A program made the translations under genes and the position numbers. This document shows positions 40,731-49,955 of a DNA stretch of 64,000 bases, piece after piece (position 1 is the first letter of the stretch; each line of letters starts with the position of its first letter). Under the pieces are notes generated by a model. It searched no databases and was not told where the DNA came from. It saw only the letters and a program-made list of their open reading frames with translations. Source of the stretch: Spirulina sp. (lineage in GTDB: Bacteria; Cyanobacteriota; Cyanobacteriia; Phormidesmidales; Phormidesmidaceae); contig JBIPSI010000004.1 in the NCBI GenBank assembly GCA_044070495.1, positions 96,001-160,000 of the forward strand, written 5' to 3'.

Positions 40731-41687
40731 CTACGATGCGGGAGATCCGATAGTCGGGGCCGGGGTGGCTCCGTTTTGGCTGGTGGACGGCAAGGCGGGG
40801 ATCTCCTTCATGACGCAGAAGTAGACATCCTCTAGGTCGGGTTCAACCACTTCAAAGCCAGCACCGGGGTCGGTTTCGCTGAAAATTCGCGCAATGATGT
40901 CGCCCATGAAGAAGCGGGTGGAGAGCACCTGGTACTGTTCTTCGTAGGTGGGCAGTTCATCGCGCCGAATTTTGATCCGCCACACCTTGCCTGCGAGTTG
41001 TTGCATCAGGCCCATGGGTTGCCCGGTGGCGCGGATTTGTCCGGCAATCAGCACCGCCATTTGGGGGCACAGTTCGCTCACGTCCTCCACAATGTGGGTG
41101 GAGAGGACAATGGCTGCCCGCTCGGAAATTTCGCTGAGCAAGTTCAAAAAGCGCACCCGTTCGGCGGGGTCGAGGCCAGCGGTGGGTTCGTCCACAATCA
41201 CCAACCGGGGATCGCCGACGAGGGCCTGGGCAATGCCAAACCGCTGCCGCATCCCACCAGAAAATCCGCTGACGGCACGGTCACGGGCCTGGTACAGGTT
41301 CACCTGATTCAGCAAGTGCGTCACCAGTTCCTTGCGCTCCTTGCCGTTGGTGATCCCTTTTAAGGCGGCAAAGTGATCCAGCAGTTTCTCAGCGGAAACC
41401 CCCGGATATACGCCAAAACTCTGGGGCAGATAGCCCAACACCTGGCGCACCCTCACCTTTTCCTCCAGCATGTTGATGTCGCCCCACTGGATGCTGCCCT
41501 CCGTGGGTTCCTGAAGGGTGGAAATGGTACGCATGAGGCTAGATTTCCCGGCTCCGTTTGGCCCCAGCAGACCAAACATGCCCATGGGAATATCGAGATT
41601 GACACCGTTCAGGGCTTTGTAGCCGTTGGGATAGGTTTTAGTTAGCCCCCGAATTTGAATCGGGGTAGCGGTTTGGGTGGCCGTCAT
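40731..41687 (-). CDS. ABC transporter ATP-binding protein
   Basis: GPNGAGKSS, FSGGMRQR, VDEPTAGLD. Confidence 0.93.
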   Translation of the reverse strand: MTATQTATPIQIRGLTKTYPNGYKALNGVNLDIPMGMFGLLGPNGAGKSSLMRTISTLQEPTEGSIQWGDINMLEEKVRVRQVLGYLPQSFGVYPGVSAEKLLDHFAALKGITNGKERKELVTHLLNQVNLYQARDRAVSGFSGGMRQRFGIAQALVGDPRLVIVDEPTAGLDPAERVRFLNLLSEISERAAIVLSTHIVEDVSELCPQMAVLIAGQIRATGQPMGLMQQLAGKVWRIKIRRDELPTYEEQYQVLSTRFFMGDIIARIFSETDPGAGFEVVEPDLEDVYFCVMKEIPALPSTSQNGATPAPTIGSPAS

Positions 41688-41778
41688 GGTGGTTTGCAGT
41701 GGCAGGGAATGCGGAACTAAAGCGGAGTTTATCAGGGGAAGTGGAGTGGCCCTCGCCCTAAATTCCTTTTCCACAGGG

Positions 41779-41943
41779 CTGCTGTTTATACACATCTTGT
41801 TCCCATGTCGTCATGCCTGGAGGATCCCCCTAAATCCCCCTTGGAAAGGGGGACTTTGAATCCGGTTCCCCCCTTTTTAAGGGGGGCTAGGGGGGATCAA
41901 CCCCAGGCATCAAGCCTAATAGGGCCTTATGTATAAGCAGTAG
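41779..41943 (+). mobile_element. MITE family B
   Basis: Ends CTGCTGTTTATACA / TGTATAAGCAGTAG; palindromic CCCCC/GGGGG core; flanked on both sides by CACAGGG. Confidence 0.78.
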
Positions 41944-42067
41944 CTCACAGGGAGAGAGACTTTGAAGGATTGTCCGGCTCCCCTCTCCCACGGGGAGAGG
42001 GGCTGGGGGTGAGGGCGGCGGGGATGATGCGATCTACGAACCCTCCGTAAGCCTGATTTGGATTGCC

Positions 42068-42724
42068 CTAGGGCCGACCTTGCTCGTAGCCGTCGGCATA
42101 GCCACGGGTATATTCCCGCGAGAGGTTCGAGGGCAGACCATGGCTTCCGGCCACGGGGTCGTAGGTGCGTCCGGCCCGACCATCCTCTAGGCCATGCTGG
42201 TAGCCGTCATCGTAGTAGCGCTGGAGGCCAGAGGGGTTGCCCGGTCGTCCGGCAGCATAGCCATCGGCATAGCCACGGGTGTAGGCACGAGAGGCATCCG
42301 CTGGCAGATCGCGACTGCCGCCCACGGGGTCGTAGGTTTGTCCGGCTTGGGCAGCGGCCAACCCGTCTTGATAGCCTGTGTCGTAGTAGGAGCCTGAGGG
42401 CTGAGAATCCCGAATCTTCAGGTATGCGCCAGAGACCCAGCCTTCGGTTTGGGGATAGCCGCTGGTCATGGGCACAATCCGGTACCAACTGTCGGCCCCG
42501 TCGCCATACTGGCCTGTAATGCGTACCACGGCATCGCGGTGAAGCACGTAGAGAACCCGACGATCCGTCCCCGCCCCATCCCGCACATTCAGTTCATTGG
42601 GAATCACGGTGCCGTAGAGTTGCGCCTGGGCAATGAGTTGGGGCGCAGGCTGGGGAACGGCCTGGGCCATTTCTGCCACGGGCCACAGCCCAACCATCAT
42701 CGCCAACGGCCAATATCTCAACAT
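42068..42724 (-). CDS. Secreted SH3b-domain protein with duplicated GYxxG repeats
   Basis: Signal peptide, LNVRDGAGT...WY...GWVSGAYL, two YYDxGYxxG...YTRGYADGY units. Confidence 0.8.
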   Translation of the reverse strand: MLRYWPLAMMVGLWPVAEMAQAVPQPAPQLIAQAQLYGTVIPNELNVRDGAGTDRRVLYVLHRDAVVRITGQYGDGADSWYRIVPMTSGYPQTEGWVSGAYLKIRDSQPSGSYYDTGYQDGLAAAQAGQTYDPVGGSRDLPADASRAYTRGYADGYAAGRPGNPSGLQRYYDDGYQHGLEDGRAGRTYDPVAGSHGLPSNLSREYTRGYADGYEQGRP

Positions 42725-43289
42725 GGGGTGTACCACTCCTTAAAAATCTCGTCAAAAGGCTTTAACTAAAAGGACGTTCACCGCTTATCTGCCAAGCCAT
42801 GTTGGCCTGTCTAAGCATGGTGAATCAAACGTATAATACGCTTCCTTCGCCAATAGTAATAATTAAGATTTCTTTGAAATATAAAGTCATCTTTGGGTAC
42901 TTTTACCGCTCTCCAAAAAAACAGACCTAGCTTCATGTAGGTCTTTAATTTCGTAAAAGTCTTTTGACGTTGTAGGGATAACATTTTTAGAGGGGTCGTC
43001 CTCGGCCTTGTTGGGTAAGGAATCTAGGGGCTGACTGGGTAAAGGATCTGACTAACACGAGGTCTGATGATAGGCGTTGAGATCGGCTTAATCATTGCTA
43101 TTGTTCCCTCAAAACCATGGCGTAATGGGATATAAGTGGCCTAGGGTATGGCCGTCCTTCCTCTGACAAATCATCCGCAATCATGATGCCCCCTAACGTG
43201 TCTTGGCTAGGGATGCCGTCATAGGGCCAATGCCGTCTATCCGTGTAGGTTCATCGTTCAATCGATTCATTGTTCAAACTGTGAAAAGC

Positions 43290-44240
43290 ATGAAATGGTT
43301 TACGTTTGTCCTGTTGTTGGGCCTGTGGACAACGGCCTGCCAGCGGACGCCCCCGGTTTCCCAGGAGCCGGACAATCCAGAGGTGGCCATCACCGAGCCG
43401 GAACCCGATCCGGGCAACCCCATCAAAACGGGTACCGTCCAGTCTCAGCCCTCCCTGCTGGTTCACAGCAGCCCTGGCACCGATACCCCCGTCCTCTACG
43501 ATGCCCCCTACGGCATCCGGCTAGAGATTTTTGCCGAAACCGCCATGGGCGATAGCACCTGGTATCAGGTGAGGAGTGACCTATCCCCCGAATTAGGTTG
43601 GGCCTATGGCGGCAACATTGCCGTGGATGGCGAGGAAAACCTGACTCCGGATCGTCCGCCTAACCCGCCGATTAAATCGGGCACCGTGCAGGCTCAGCCC
43701 TCCCTGCGGATTCACACCGCCCCCGGCACCGATACCCCCGTCATCTATGCGGCCCCCAACGGCACCCGGCTGGAGATTTTTGCCGAAACGGCCATGGGCG
43801 ATAGCACCTGGTACCAGGTGAGCAGCAACCTGTCGCCCCAACTGGGCTGGGCCTATGGCGGCAACATTGTGGTGGATGGCCAGGAAAATCTGACCTCGGA
43901 TCGTCCGCCGCCGCCAGAGCCGTCGCAACCGGATCGTCCACCCCCGACGGATAACCTCTCGATGACCTGCACCGGAACGCTCTCTAACGGGTCAACCTTC
44001 ACCGTCAACTACACCCGCGAGGCAGGCTTTAGCCGCTTTACCCTCAACTCTGGCAATGCTGAGCCCATGACGGCCAGCCTCAGCTATTCCGGCACCACCG
44101 AAGCCCAGCACGGGGTTTGGAAAGGCCAGCTTAGCGAGTCGGAGGTGAGGGTGGATCACCTGTCTAACCAAGCCGCCAAACCAGGGGATGAGATCACGGT
44201 GATCTACAACATCTTTAACGGTCGAACGGTGTGCCGTTAG
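43290..44240 (+). CDS. Lipoprotein with two tandem SH3b domains
   Basis: Signal ending TTAC; two near-identical SL..H..PGTDTPV...WYQV...GWAYGGNI units. Confidence 0.8.
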   Translation: MKWFTFVLLLGLWTTACQRTPPVSQEPDNPEVAITEPEPDPGNPIKTGTVQSQPSLLVHSSPGTDTPVLYDAPYGIRLEIFAETAMGDSTWYQVRSDLSPELGWAYGGNIAVDGEENLTPDRPPNPPIKSGTVQAQPSLRIHTAPGTDTPVIYAAPNGTRLEIFAETAMGDSTWYQVSSNLSPQLGWAYGGNIVVDGQENLTSDRPPPPEPSQPDRPPPTDNLSMTCTGTLSNGSTFTVNYTREAGFSRFTLNSGNAEPMTASLSYSGTTEAQHGVWKGQLSESEVRVDHLSNQAAKPGDEITVIYNIFNGRTVCR

Positions 44241-44467
44241 CGGATTACGTCTCCGGATGGGGCCGCGCCAGAGGACTGCCGCCTACGGGTCGTAGGGATT
44301 GTTCGCCTGGGCATCGCTGGAGCCTCGCAGGTAGCACCCAGGTACCTATACCCTTCACTATCGCCGACAGCCCCATCCGACGCTGGTTTCGGCTCAGCAG
44401 GCTTGGGTGGGTACCTTCTCGCCATTGAGCGCCCAGGTGGGCAAACGGGCCTGAGTGCGACTGTTTC

Positions 44468-46180
44468 CTAGCGAAACTTGATCACTCGCTTAAAGTCAGA
44501 GTCCACGATGCGCGGCTGGCCATCCACTCTCTGCACGATAAAGGTGCGCTCCTCCCGTTGGGTGGTGCCATCGGGGTAAAAATAGGTGTTTTCGCCTAGT
44601 AGTGCCACGAAATCTGGGCCTTGCTCAAGAATTCGGAAGTTTTCTACGGTCACTTGGTCAAACTGCTCGAAGAAGCCCGGATCAAACTGTTCAGCTAAGG
44701 TTGGACTAAACTGGGCGCGGGCGTTTTCCCAGTTGCCGTTCGTAATGTGGTTATACAGTTCCACCACCGTTGACTGAGCCACACCAGGGTCGAGGGGCGG
44801 ACTGGTGTGGCTGGCCTCAGAAAAGTCCGGTGGCGCTGAGGCGCTGTTGGTGGGAGGCGCTTCGGAGGACGCATTCCCTGGGGGAGCCACGGAAGGGGTT
44901 TTGTTCGCTGTTTCAGACGACCTAGGGACAGCGTTAGATGCAGTGGATGAGTCTAGCTGACCGTCATCATTTGAGCTGGGGGAAGCTGTAGGCGTTGCCG
45001 CCTCTGGGTTTGGGGTGTTGGCGACCGGAGCATTCCCCCCATTGCCAGGGTTAGAAAACGCGGTAACGGCTTGCCATCCGACGGCTCCCAACACTCCTAT
45101 CGTTGCCGCCAGCACCATTAGAGCCAAAATCGGTACCCAGGCAGGCTTAGAGGACGGAGATGGCCCAGAGGATCGATGGGAGGCAGCAGGATGGGTGAGG
45201 GGGGTTACGGCGGTGAGAAAACTAGGGTGCCCAGGGGCCACGGCCACCGTCGGAGTCGCTTGGGTAGAACGACCGGGAGAAGACGGGCGAGATCCGATAG
45301 GTACCGCTTCGATGGGGATGTATTGGCTGAGGTTGCGGGGCAGTTGTCGTAGGGCGGCTAGGGCTTCGGCGGCGTGGCTATACCGCGCCCGAAAGTCGTA
45401 GCGCACCAGGCGATCTAAGAGGTCTAATAAATCGGGATAGCGTTGGGACGCATAGCCGCGCCAGTCGAGTTCGCCGCTGTGGGGGTGGGGATGTAAATCG
45501 GTGGGAGCGTAGCCTGTTAGGGCTTGAATGCCTAGGATGCCCACGGCATAGAGATCGCTGCTGAACTGGGGCCGCCCAGCCAGTTGTTCGCTGGGCATAT
45601 AGCCCTGGGTGCCGATGGAAATGGTGTGGCTAAGGCCAGAACGCTGGCTGTGCAGTTGGGTGCTGACCTGTTTCACCGCCCCAAAGTCGATCAACACCAT
45701 CCGATTATCATCCTGGCGACGAATTAGATTAGAGGGTTTGATATCGCGGTGAATCACCCCCTTAGAATGCACAAAGGCCAGCACCCCCAGCAAATCCCCC
45801 AGAAAAGCCACGACCTGCTCCTCAGACCAAGGTTGACCCGACAGTTCCTCGGTCAAAGCGTGTCCTTGGATTAGTTCTTGGGCCAGGTAGAAGTCTTGAT
45901 TCTCCTCAAAGTGGGCTAAAAGACCGGGAATTTGGGGATGGGAACTCAACTGATAGAGTACCTGTGCCTCGGTATCAAACAATCGCCGCGCTACCTGCAA
46001 TTCTTCGGTGCTAGAGACCTGAGGTTTAAGCTGCTTAACCACACAGAGAGGATGCCCCGGCATGTGGAGATCCTGAGCCGTAAAGGTTCGTCCAAAGCCC
46101 CCTTCCCCTAAGGGCTGCACAATGTGGTAACGCCCCCCAAGGGGAGTGGATTCTCGATGAAAGGGGGGATACGTGGTCAT
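44468..46180 (-). CDS. Membrane Ser/Thr protein kinase with extracytoplasmic C-terminal domain
   Basis: LGEGGFG, HRDIKPSN, DFG, GTQGYM, one TM helix. Confidence 0.93.
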   Translation of the reverse strand: MTTYPPFHRESTPLGGRYHIVQPLGEGGFGRTFTAQDLHMPGHPLCVVKQLKPQVSSTEELQVARRLFDTEAQVLYQLSSHPQIPGLLAHFEENQDFYLAQELIQGHALTEELSGQPWSEEQVVAFLGDLLGVLAFVHSKGVIHRDIKPSNLIRRQDDNRMVLIDFGAVKQVSTQLHSQRSGLSHTISIGTQGYMPSEQLAGRPQFSSDLYAVGILGIQALTGYAPTDLHPHPHSGELDWRGYASQRYPDLLDLLDRLVRYDFRARYSHAAEALAALRQLPRNLSQYIPIEAVPIGSRPSSPGRSTQATPTVAVAPGHPSFLTAVTPLTHPAASHRSSGPSPSSKPAWVPILALMVLAATIGVLGAVGWQAVTAFSNPGNGGNAPVANTPNPEAATPTASPSSNDDGQLDSSTASNAVPRSSETANKTPSVAPPGNASSEAPPTNSASAPPDFSEASHTSPPLDPGVAQSTVVELYNHITNGNWENARAQFSPTLAEQFDPGFFEQFDQVTVENFRILEQGPDFVALLGENTYFYPDGTTQREERTFIVQRVDGQPRIVDSDFKRVIKFR

Positions 46181-46305
46181 AGCCAAACCCGCAGGTCAAC
46201 AACGGACAACTGACCACAAAGTATAAATGACCCGCCTTGTCCTGTGGGATGTCTCACCAGGCCGAGATCGGGCGCTGATTTCCCTCAGCGGGAGTCCCCT
46301 ACCTC

Positions 46306-46632
46306 CTACCAAACCACGGTTTCGCCCTGGCCCCAAAAGCCATCGTATTTCGTGACCTTGATATCTCCTAGCACCTGGGTTTGGCAGGCCAGACGGAGAT
46401 TTCGATCCGCCTTGTGGGGGGGCAGGGATCGGCGGGTTTTATCCTTCCAGGTGGGTTCCGAGACCTCGCCCTCAATCTGCACGGCACAGGTACCGCAGGA
46501 ACCCAGCCCCCGGCAGTTAATCACCGCAGATTGACCGTTGTAGAGGTCTATGCCATTGGCGAGGAGGGCCTTTCGCAGGTTGGCCCCAGTTTCGCATTCA
46601 AAGGTTTTTCCTTGGGCAGATACCGTTGGCAT
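46306..46632 (-). CDS. 2Fe-2S ferredoxin-like protein
   Basis: CRGLGSCGTC...RLACQ. Confidence 0.9.
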   Translation of the reverse strand: MPTVSAQGKTFECETGANLRKALLANGIDLYNGQSAVINCRGLGSCGTCAVQIEGEVSEPTWKDKTRRSLPPHKADRNLRLACQTQVLGDIKVTKYDGFWGQGETVVW

Positions 46633-47131
46633 GGATGGCTTCTCCTAGGTAAAGATGACCAAATTTGAACTACCGTTAAAAATATAGAAGATTTTCAGGG
46701 TGAGATTCAAGAAGATCTACGTTTCATAACTTATTTTGTGGAATTGATGCTCAAACAAAGAGCTTAAACTGATGGCCTAACACCGATCTAAAATAGTTGA
46801 ATGACAAGGAATCGAACACCGTTAGCCAATGGCTTCTAGGCCTAGCTTGGCCCGCATCCCCTAAGCTCTTCCCCCTAGGGAGAAGAGGAATCGAAATTTT
46901 ATGTCCCTAGGGTGGGCAACAACGCTGAGATACGCCCCCTTCAAACCTTAAACCTTCATGTATAAATGCCTAAAATTATCGGAGGATTCTATAGTCAAAA
47001 TATCCGTGCAAGTCAGTTTGTTGGTTTTAGGTTGCAGGTTTTCCAGGTTGCAGGTTTTCTAAGTTGTAATTTGGCGATCTTTACTTTCCCTGATTTGAAC
47101 GGGTGATCCCGGCTCAATCGAGGGTTTTACT

Positions 47132-48547
47132 ATGGTTCAGGTGCTCATTAGGGGCGGTCGCATCATCACCGCTGTCGATGACTATATCGGCGATATTTTG
47201 GTGCAAGAGGGCCGCATTGAGGCCATTGGTCGCAGTCTTTCCGTCGAAAATGCCGAGGTGCATGATGCCACGGGGTTGATGGTGTTTCCGGGCGGCATTG
47301 ATGCCCACGTTCACATGGAAACGCCCATGGGCAACGATGTCTACACCTGCGACACCTTTGAATCGGGCACCAAATCAGCGGCCTTTGGCGGCACCACCAC
47401 GATTATCGACTTTGCCCAGCAATTCCATCACGACAGCCCCAAGGCGGCCCTAGATCGACGGCTGGCGGCGGCGGAACCCCAGTGCTCGGTAGACTACGCC
47501 TTCCATGTGATTCTCACCGACGTCAACCGCGACTCCCTAGCAGAACTGCCGGATTTAATTAACCAGGACGGCGTTTCTAGCTACAAGCTCTACATGGCCT
47601 ATCCCGGCGTGTTGATGGTGGATGATGCGGCTATTTTCAAAACCATGCGCCAGGTGGGGGGGCATGGTGGCATGGCCATCCTCCATGCCGAAAATGGGAT
47701 TGTGATTCAAGCGCTAATCGAAGAAGCCCTCGAACAGGGCCACACCTCGCCCCAGTATCACCAACTCACCCGCCCCCGGTTGATGGAGGGGGAAGCCGCC
47801 CACCGGGTGATTCGCATTGCCGAACTGGCGGAGGTACCCTCCTACATCGTTCACCTTTCCGCAAAAGAAGCCCTGGAGGCGGTGGTAGAAGCGCGGGATC
47901 GGGGCGTCCATGCCTTTGCAGAAACCTGCCCCCACTACCTGTTTTTGGATCATTCCGAATACGACGCCCCCGGCTTTGAATCCGCCAAGTATGTGATGAC
48001 CCCGCCCCTGCGCGATCACGACTGCCAACACGCCCTCTGGCGCGGCCTCCAGTTCGACGACCTGCAACTGGTGGCCACCGACCACTGCCCCTTCTGCATG
48101 AACGAAAACCCCCTGGGCATCCTCAAATCCAAGCAGTTTGGCCGCGACAACTTCAACCGCATCCCCAACGGTGCCCCAGGGGTAGAACTGCGCCTGATGC
48201 TGCTCTACGATGGCGGCGTGCGGGCGGGCCGGATTAACCTCAACCGCTTCGTGCAACTCACCGCCACGGCCCCCGCCAAGATGTTTGGCCTCTTCCCTCG
48301 CAAGGGCACCATCGCCGTGGGCAGCGACGCCGACCTGGTGCTGTTCGACCCCAACGAAACCCATACCCTCAGCGCCAGCACCCACCATTCCCTAGTGGAC
48401 TATTCCCTCTTTGAAGGCCGTGAGGTGACGGGCAAGGTGAAAAAAGTGTTCCTACGCGGCCAGTGCATTGTCGATGGCGATCAGTGGCTCGGTCGTCCCG
48501 GCATGGGCCAATACCAACCGCGAGGAGCCTCTGGGCGAGTGCTCTAG
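47132..48547 (+). CDS. hydA: Dihydropyrimidinase/hydantoinase
   Basis: PGGIDAHVH, GGTTT, KLYMAY, HAEN, TDHCPF. Confidence 0.9.
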   Translation: MVQVLIRGGRIITAVDDYIGDILVQEGRIEAIGRSLSVENAEVHDATGLMVFPGGIDAHVHMETPMGNDVYTCDTFESGTKSAAFGGTTTIIDFAQQFHHDSPKAALDRRLAAAEPQCSVDYAFHVILTDVNRDSLAELPDLINQDGVSSYKLYMAYPGVLMVDDAAIFKTMRQVGGHGGMAILHAENGIVIQALIEEALEQGHTSPQYHQLTRPRLMEGEAAHRVIRIAELAEVPSYIVHLSAKEALEAVVEARDRGVHAFAETCPHYLFLDHSEYDAPGFESAKYVMTPPLRDHDCQHALWRGLQFDDLQLVATDHCPFCMNENPLGILKSKQFGRDNFNRIPNGAPGVELRLMLLYDGGVRAGRINLNRFVQLTATAPAKMFGLFPRKGTIAVGSDADLVLFDPNETHTLSASTHHSLVDYSLFEGREVTGKVKKVFLRGQCIVDGDQWLGRPGMGQYQPRGASGRVL

Positions 48548-48570
48548 TCGATCCCACCATACCGTAGGGG

Positions 48571-48761
48571 CTTCCGCTTATACATAGGCCTCTGTTCCGC
48601 TGGTTTCCTTGAAGATCCCCCCTAGCCCCCCTTCACAAGGGGGGAACCGGAAGCCCCCCTTCACAAGGGGGGAACCGGATTCAAAGTCCCCCTTGTCAAG
48701 GGGGATTTAGGGGGATCTCCAAGGACTTACGGTATAAAAACAAGATGTGTATAAGCCGTAA
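48571..48761 (-). mobile_element. MITE family B, second copy with internal 28-bp duplication
   Basis: GCTTATACA...TGTATAAGC ends; reverse-complement homology to 41779-41943. Confidence 0.75.
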
Positions 48762-48862
48762 TCCCAAGGGAGAGGGATTTGGGATGTAGCTTGCTTGCGG
48801 TAAGGGTGGGCTGGATTGCAGCAAAAGAGAGCGTTTTTGACCTCATGAACCCAGATCAGAGC

Positions 48863-49636
48863 TTACTTGAGGGGCGGGTAGGCTTCGATTTCTTGAATCA
48901 CCCTGGCTTTGCTAGCACTCAGGTGGCTGCGAATGGCGGCGACGGCCACCTCGGTATCGCGGGCGGCGATGGCTTGGTAAATTTGGCGATGTTCTAGGCG
49001 AATATCGAGCACATCGGGGTTTTGCTTGAGGGTTTGGATCCGCAGCAAGGCCATGGCATCAAACAGGCCATCGAGCAAGGAAATCAGCCGCCGATTGCCC
49101 GAACTTTCGGCAATTAAATGGTGAAACTGGTAGTCCACATCGAGCAACTGTTGGGGAGAGGGCTGTCCCTCCTTGGCCTTTGTCGCCTGGGATAGGGGAG
49201 CTTTTTTGCGCGGCTGTGCCCCTGAAGTCGGATTTTCTAGGGTTTGATTGACCTGCGCTTCTAGGGAATCGGCTTGCAACACACAGGCTTCGATGCGTCG
49301 AATTTGATCGGCGGTGGCGCTATGGCAGGCCCCAGCTACGGCAAGGCATTCTAGGGCCAAGCGGCAATCGTACAGTTCAGCGGCATCGGCGGCGGTGATG
49401 GTGGTGACCCGCAGCCCACCGCTGACATCGGCGGTGGCCAACCCCTCCTGCTGAAGCTGGCGCAGGGCTTCCCGCAGGGGGGTGCGGCTCACCTGGAGCC
49501 ACTCGGCCAACTGGGTTTCCACCAGGCGATCCCCAGGGGCCAACTGCCCCGTGAGAATGGCCGAACGCAGCGCTTGATACACCTGCTCGTAGAGGGACTT
49601 ACCACGATGGATAGTAGGGGAGGAGGATAGAATCAC
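48863..49636 (-). CDS. GntR family regulator (FCD)
   Basis: LVETQLAEWLQVSRTPLREAL, FHHLI..SGN, EH. Confidence 0.9.
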   Translation of the reverse strand: MILSSSPTIHRGKSLYEQVYQALRSAILTGQLAPGDRLVETQLAEWLQVSRTPLREALRQLQQEGLATADVSGGLRVTTITAADAAELYDCRLALECLAVAGACHSATADQIRRIEACVLQADSLEAQVNQTLENPTSGAQPRKKAPLSQATKAKEGQPSPQQLLDVDYQFHHLIAESSGNRRLISLLDGLFDAMALLRIQTLKQNPDVLDIRLEHRQIYQAIAARDTEVAVAAIRSHLSASKARVIQEIEAYPPLK

Positions 49637-49955
49637 GGCAAATCTACAAAACGGGGCAAGCGGTCAGGAACCAGGGCAGAAAGGGTATCCAGAGGGGTAT
49701 CTGTGGGAGATGGGAACCTTGGGATACGGCGACCTCTGCGACCTTTGGCCTTAGAGACACTTAGACCATTTTTAACCTGATCCGACCAAGATAGGGGGTT
49801 ACAAATGATAAAACATCTTTTTTCGGCCCCTCACCGCATCCTTGGCAACCGATTTTCCGCCATTGCTCGACTTGAGCAGACGCCAGAGCCAGGACGGATT
49901 ATGATTTAGGCCAGCATTTTCCTTGATACAAAGGGAAACCAATTTGGGTAGGGCA

